In this document: positions 59,343 to 64,000 of the stretch, one piece after another | How the letters are laid out: every line of letters starts with the position of its first letter | How positions within the stretch are numbered: position 1 is the first letter of the stretch | Assembly: GCF_046119375.1 (NCBI RefSeq) | Contig: NW_027362761.1 | Span: 986,234,001 to 986,298,000, forward strand | DNA length: 64,000 bases | Reading direction: 5' to 3' | Origin: Phyllobates terribilis | Taxonomy: Eukaryota | Notes under the pieces: generated by a model | Database searches by the model: none | What the model saw: the letters and a program-made list of their open reading frames with translations, nothing else | What the model was told of the DNA's origin: nothing | Position numbers and translations under genes: made by a program

Positions 59343-62300
59343 TTATACCTCCTGGGTTTTGGGATTCCAGCCAGAAAATCCATCTACATTCCCTCGCAGT
59401 TTCACTTTATCCCAATCGCCCTGGCGGGCTCGAGGGCTAATCACTTCAACAGAGCGAAACGAAATAGAGTCTAGATTACCACCATGATAAGTGTTTACAT
59501 GTTTCGCTAGGGGTGTCTCCCTTTTGTGTCTGATGTCACCTAAATGTTCCCCAATACGGATTTTGAACTGCCTTTTAGTTTTTCCGACATAATCTTTTGG
59601 GCATCTGCAAGTACAGAGATATATTACACCTGTAATTGTACAATTGGCGAAGTGTCTGTTCTTATAAATACGCTTAGTTACTGCATTAGAGAAGGTTGTA
59701 GATGGTGAAACAAACTTACAGAAGCTGCAATGGCCACATCTAAAGGTGCCAACTGATCTTCTATCCAACCAGGTACCCTCCTTCCTAGGAGGGGTATGTA
59801 CTAGGTGATCCCTGATCGATTTACCCCTCCTAAAAGTGACTGAGGGTGAATGTGAAATCCACTTCTTAATGTCGGGGTCAGTTTGCCATATATGTTGGTC
59901 GTCAAAAGTACCAATCAGTCTTGTCATGGATTCAGGTTCTGGTCTGGTATGAGGTAACAATAGTTTGGACCTATCTTGTCCAAGCGCATTCTTATATGCC
60001 GCCTTGACTATGTTGGCTGGGTAGTCCCAGCATAAAAACCTTTCTTTGAGATCTACAGCCTTCTTACAGAAGTCAGAGGTTGAGGAACAGTTCCTTCTTA
60101 ATCTTAAAAACTGACCCTTCGGGATCCCTCATTTTTGTGGGGTTGGATGATAACTCCCCCATTTAAGTAGACTGTTAGCTGCCGTAGGTTTACGATAATT
60201 TGAGGATCTCAAAAGGCCCAACTCATCAATTGAAATCATCACATCAAGGAAAGCAATCTTCTTATCACTTATTTCATAGGTCAATTTTAAACCTAGGTTA
60301 TTAGCATTCAAGTATTGCATGAGATCAATGAAAGATGACTTATCACCAGTCCAAAGGATGAGGATGTCATCTATATAACGGCCCCAAATTTGAATAAAGG
60401 GGCCCCAGATGATATCCCCATCCTGAAAAAGAACCGTGTCCTCCCACCAGCCCAGGAGCAAGTTAGCATACGTGGGAGCACAAGGGCTCCCCATTGCTGT
60501 GCCCCTGAGCTGGTGGTAAAACCTGCCATGAAAAAGAAAATAATTGTGTCTCAACACATGGTCAAGAAGTTGAATAACAAATCTGTTATGCGAGATAAAA
60601 TGATTGCCTCTCGTACTTAAAAATGACTCCACTGCCTGCAGGCCTGCTGTATGATGGATACTAGAATATAATGCATCCACATCAATAGATATTAGCATGG
60701 TGCCTGGATCAACAGTGATACCATCTAATTTAGTTAGAAGATCGGTTGTGTCCCTAAGATAGGAGGTCTAAGAATCTGGTCCAGGTAGATGCTACAGTTT
60801 TGACTTAAGGCATCAATACCCGACACAATCTGTCTCCCTTTCAAAGGTGGATAACCCTTATGAATCTTTGGGAGCGCATAGAACGTTGCAATCATTGGAT
60901 ATTTTTGGAGCAGAAATAAAAATTCAGTTTTGGAGATCAGCCCATCAGTTTTGGCTTGTTGAAGTATTTTCGACAGAGTCCTAATAAAGTCCATCGTTAC
61001 ATAATGTTTGGTAAGTTGTGGCATCTGCTAGAATGTCCATACACATTGTCACATAACTATCACAGTCAAGGATAACTACATTATCCCCCTCGTCGGAGGG
61101 TTTGATCAACAGAGAGGTATCCTTATTCAGATCTTGTAAGGCTCTACGTTCTTCAAAAGTAAGATTAGAATTGATTTTATGTAATCTAGGGTTGATCTTT
61201 TCAATCTCCTCAGTGACTAATGTTGAAAAAATATATCAATACTACTGACTTCACCCAGGGGTGGCAATTTAGAGCTTTTTAGCTTCAAATCTGAGAAGGG
61301 GCCTTGTCCTACATCATGGGCACTTTCATCTGCCAGATGTGTTAATAAATAGACATCAGAGTGCTCATCCATCCCAATCCCCAATTGTTGACATTTGGCT
61401 TTGTCATTCAGAGTAAAGAATTTTTTCCATCTGAGGTTCCTCAAAAAAAGATTTTAGTCTTTTACCCAGGTAAAGGGATCAAACCGAGTAGTCGGTACAA
61501 AGGACAGGCCTGCCTTTAATACTTTCCTTTCAGTGTCAGTAAGGACATGTGATGATAAATTAATAATAGTACTATCGGAGTTATCCACCTTTTGGTTAAG
61601 TCTCCATTGACCCTTGGTTGCTGATGATCTCCCAGAGTGCCCTATCTGTTTTAGGCTGCAGTCCAATCTCGTAAAAAATATCTAAAAAAGAAGTCGTACC
61701 TGAGGTAGATGCTAATGAGGAAGAGGAGGAATACGAGGGTACCTGACCCAAACGCTCTCGACTTAGCCATCTCCTATTCTGGCCTCTTCTCCCATGACCT
61801 CTAGATCTAGCTACAGACCTGAACACTTCCCTCCTTGAATGTTAAGTGTCAGAAGATTCTAGATCCAAGGATGAAATATCAGTTGGGCCACCCGGTTTAT
61901 TGGAGAGAGCAGGATAAGCTTGTTTATCCTTAAAGTGGGCAAGATCTCTTAAACATCGTTTGTGCTTACGATCTTTCAAAGTAAGCTGATATTTTTCAAC
62001 TGATACCTTTGGGTTCTCTTCTCTAGTGCAGAATTCCGAGGAAGTTTTAAACTTCAGAGCACGCTCAATATGCTCTTTAAGGTTAGTTGAGGAGTTATCA
62101 AAGGTTACTTTTTCCTCCTCAAGGAGAATCTGCATAAATCATAATGAGGAGGCTGCTGATTCTTTCTCCCACCTTAAGAGAAGATTATCATATCTACTCC
62201 TGGGTGCAGGTACTAAATTAATCCTGAGTCCCTGTGGTACTATTCCTTGTTTGATATACTTTTCTAAAGATTGGATTTCCCACCACGACTTAATGTTATT

Positions 62301-62408
62301 CCTATATGCCTCCAAAAGATCCACAAAAATATTCTTCAAATTTGGTTCAACTGAAGTGGTGCTATCGTGTTCATTACCAGAAAAACCTCTCTAGCCTCAT
62401 CTAGCCAT
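59343..62408 (-). pseudogene. PLE reverse transcriptase / GIY-YIG endonuclease pseudogene
   Basis: N-terminal YIKQGIVPQGLRI; FYALPKIHK; IDVDALYSSI; QLRGTAMGSPCAPTYANL; RYIDDILILW; RCGHCSFC; GVIYLCTCRCPKDYVGKTKR...RIGEH. Multiple stops and frameshifts. Confidence 0.93.
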
Positions 62409-62432
62409 TTACTCGTATAAATAAGTCCCGAT

Positions 62433-62755
62433 TAGTGTTGAGCCACCCCCGTAGTATTCGAGTTCGGTTCGGTTCGTCGAACATCCGTGTGTTCGCCGAA
62501 CTGTTCGTCGAACTGTTCGTCGAACACCTTCGAACACCGTTAAAACCAATGGCAGGCAAACAAAAACACATAGAAACACATAGAAAACACCTTCAAAGGT
62601 GTCCAAAAGCTGACAAACTGCTCAGAAGACACAACTAACACATGGAAAAGTGACAAGTACATATAGTCATGCGAAAAGAAAAGAGGTGGAGGAGTAAAAG
62701 GAGGGGGAGACACAGATATAGGCATGTCATGCCCTTCTAAAATCCAAAAAGTGAG
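62433..62755. mobile_element. Orphan hAT terminus (related subfamily)
   Basis: TAGTGTTGAGCCACCCCCGTAGT...GTTCGG array as at 21203 and 50839; diverges after ...CAGAAGACAC; no partner end in the window. Confidence 0.8.
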
Positions 62756-62937
62756 AAGCCGACACGTTCAGTCCGCTCCTGCCCGTGCCACCTCCGCGTC
62801 GCCGGGTTTGTGCCAGAGCCGCGGTGAACCCTGACGGCCAGCCCCCCTCTCCCAATACTGGTGCCTGTCCGCTGGTGGGTCGAGCGAGCCCCCCTGTGGT
62901 GGAGGCAGCTCTAAGCTTTTTAATTTAAATTGTCTCT

Positions 62938-63240
62938 CTAATTTGAATGAATACACTTTAAATCCATTTACAAGGATCTATTGGAGGGCAAGTCTCATGC
63001 CAGCAGCCGCGTAATTCCAGCTCCAGTAGCGTCCACTAAAGCTGCTGCAGTTAAAAAGCTTTTATAAGGATCGAGCTCGGCTGTCCACCACATGGCATCC
63101 TACTGCCAGTCCCAGCCCCTATGCCTTGGGGTGCCTCCTGATGCTCTTCACTGAGTATCCCGTGGTCCCGAAGCATTTCCTTTGAAAAAATTAAGTGTCC
63201 AAACTACAGGTGGTGTAGCTTGCTTAACAGCCGGGATAAT
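62938..63240 (+). pseudogene. 18S rRNA: Decayed 18S rRNA fragment (about 300 bp, V3-V4 region)
   Basis: TTGGAGGGCAAGTCT.ATGCCAGCAGCCGCG.TAATTCCAGCTCCA, GCTGCAGTTAAAAAGCT, GATGCTCTT..CTGAGT.TCCCG and CTTTGAAAAAATTA.GTGT are collinear with vertebrate 18S but carry many substitutions and small deletions. Confidence 0.9.
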
Positions 63241-63474
63241 CCGCTGACTAGCAGACACTGCTACTAGGCACAAAGTATTTCCTGGGCTAGATGCAGTTAA
63301 AAATTTGTAATTAGATACTCTCGTTGGATGCTGAGAAAGCATTCCATAGAGTCTCCTGGCACGCCATATATGATTCTCTTAAAAAGCTTGGGGTAGGGGT
63401 CTAGGGGACCCTTTTATAGCCAAAATCACGGCCCTGTATCGCAATACGTCACCTAGGCTGAAGATAAATGGAAC

Positions 63475-64000
63475 TGTAGCACCCTGAGGGCTCGGTTGCT
63501 ACAGAGGTATTGCACCTCACCCAGAGGTGTGATATCTCACTCTCAGGTAAGGATGTAGTGTGGATCAGGACCCGACACCTGCATGCATTACACCACATTG
63601 CCGTGGGGCAGGGCGACCAATATGCCCCTGAGATGGGCACGACAGTCCCTGTCCCTGGCTGGAGTGGGGGGAGGGAACACTGAGGAAGGGGAACCCTGTA
63701 GTGCAGGAGCAGGGAGGAAGCAGTTCCTGGGTGCATTGAGAAGGGAGTATAAAAGGTGGGCACCATCTTAGTTCAGTGCAGAGAAGTCTGAGCAGAAGTG
63801 GCAGGGTGCAGGGGCTCTGCATGAGCTCTGCTCCGGAGGCGGGCCTAGTAACAGAGGCCCAGGCCTGGAAGAGGGAGAAGGAAGGAAGAGGAGCGGAGAA
63901 GGCTCCAGGAACGAGGAACGAAGGGATCCCAGGGGTGCGGACGAGCGAGTCGCCACCGCACGCCCGAATCCACCTGCGTGGAGGGGTCAGGCCAAAGGGG
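63475..64000 (+). mobile_element. Probable LTR (5' end), running off the window
   Basis: Abrupt TG start (TGTAGCACCC), GC-richer non-coding sequence, TATAAAAG at about 63748 followed by CCATCTT. No internal genes visible. Confidence 0.45.

Larger units (their letters stand above)
57353..62432 (-). mobile_element. Near full-length Penelope-like retroelement (Neptune-type architecture)
   Basis: RT plus GIY-YIG ORF remnants, about 2 kb of 3' non-coding sequence with a hammerhead. Boundaries are set by the neighbouring hAT sequences. Confidence 0.85.

Noticed and set aside
62760-62915. GC-rich block next to the 18S fragment, considered as rDNA spacer or 28S
   Set aside because: I could not match it to any rRNA sequence I recognise; left unassigned.

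Overview
Repeat-dense eukaryotic DNA, most likely from an anuran amphibian (inferred from the element types and an 18S remnant that resembles Xenopus 18S as I recall it). I see no host protein-coding gene; the long ORFs I could interpret are transposon-derived or artefacts of tandem repeats. The main components are a large hAT family, a DD38E Tc1-type element, an L2-type LINE 5' fragment, TTAA-targeting elements, a near full-length Penelope-like element (PLE), an 18S remnant and a probable LTR. The hAT family has four decayed transposase-bearing copies, including one complete 11.4 kb copy with a perfect 8-bp TSD, plus three fold-back non-autonomous copies. The most striking signals are RNA-level. 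First, an 852-bp insertion at 1090-1941 is built from a 332-bp monomer carrying type I hammerhead ribozymes and ATTTGCAT octamers, with an inversion and a 14-bp TSD (retrozyme / satellite-2-like). Second, an intact-core hammerhead lies in the PLE 3' region at 58506-58552. All comparisons were done by eye; no alignment, folding or database search was run. Boundaries not defined by a TSD are approximate.
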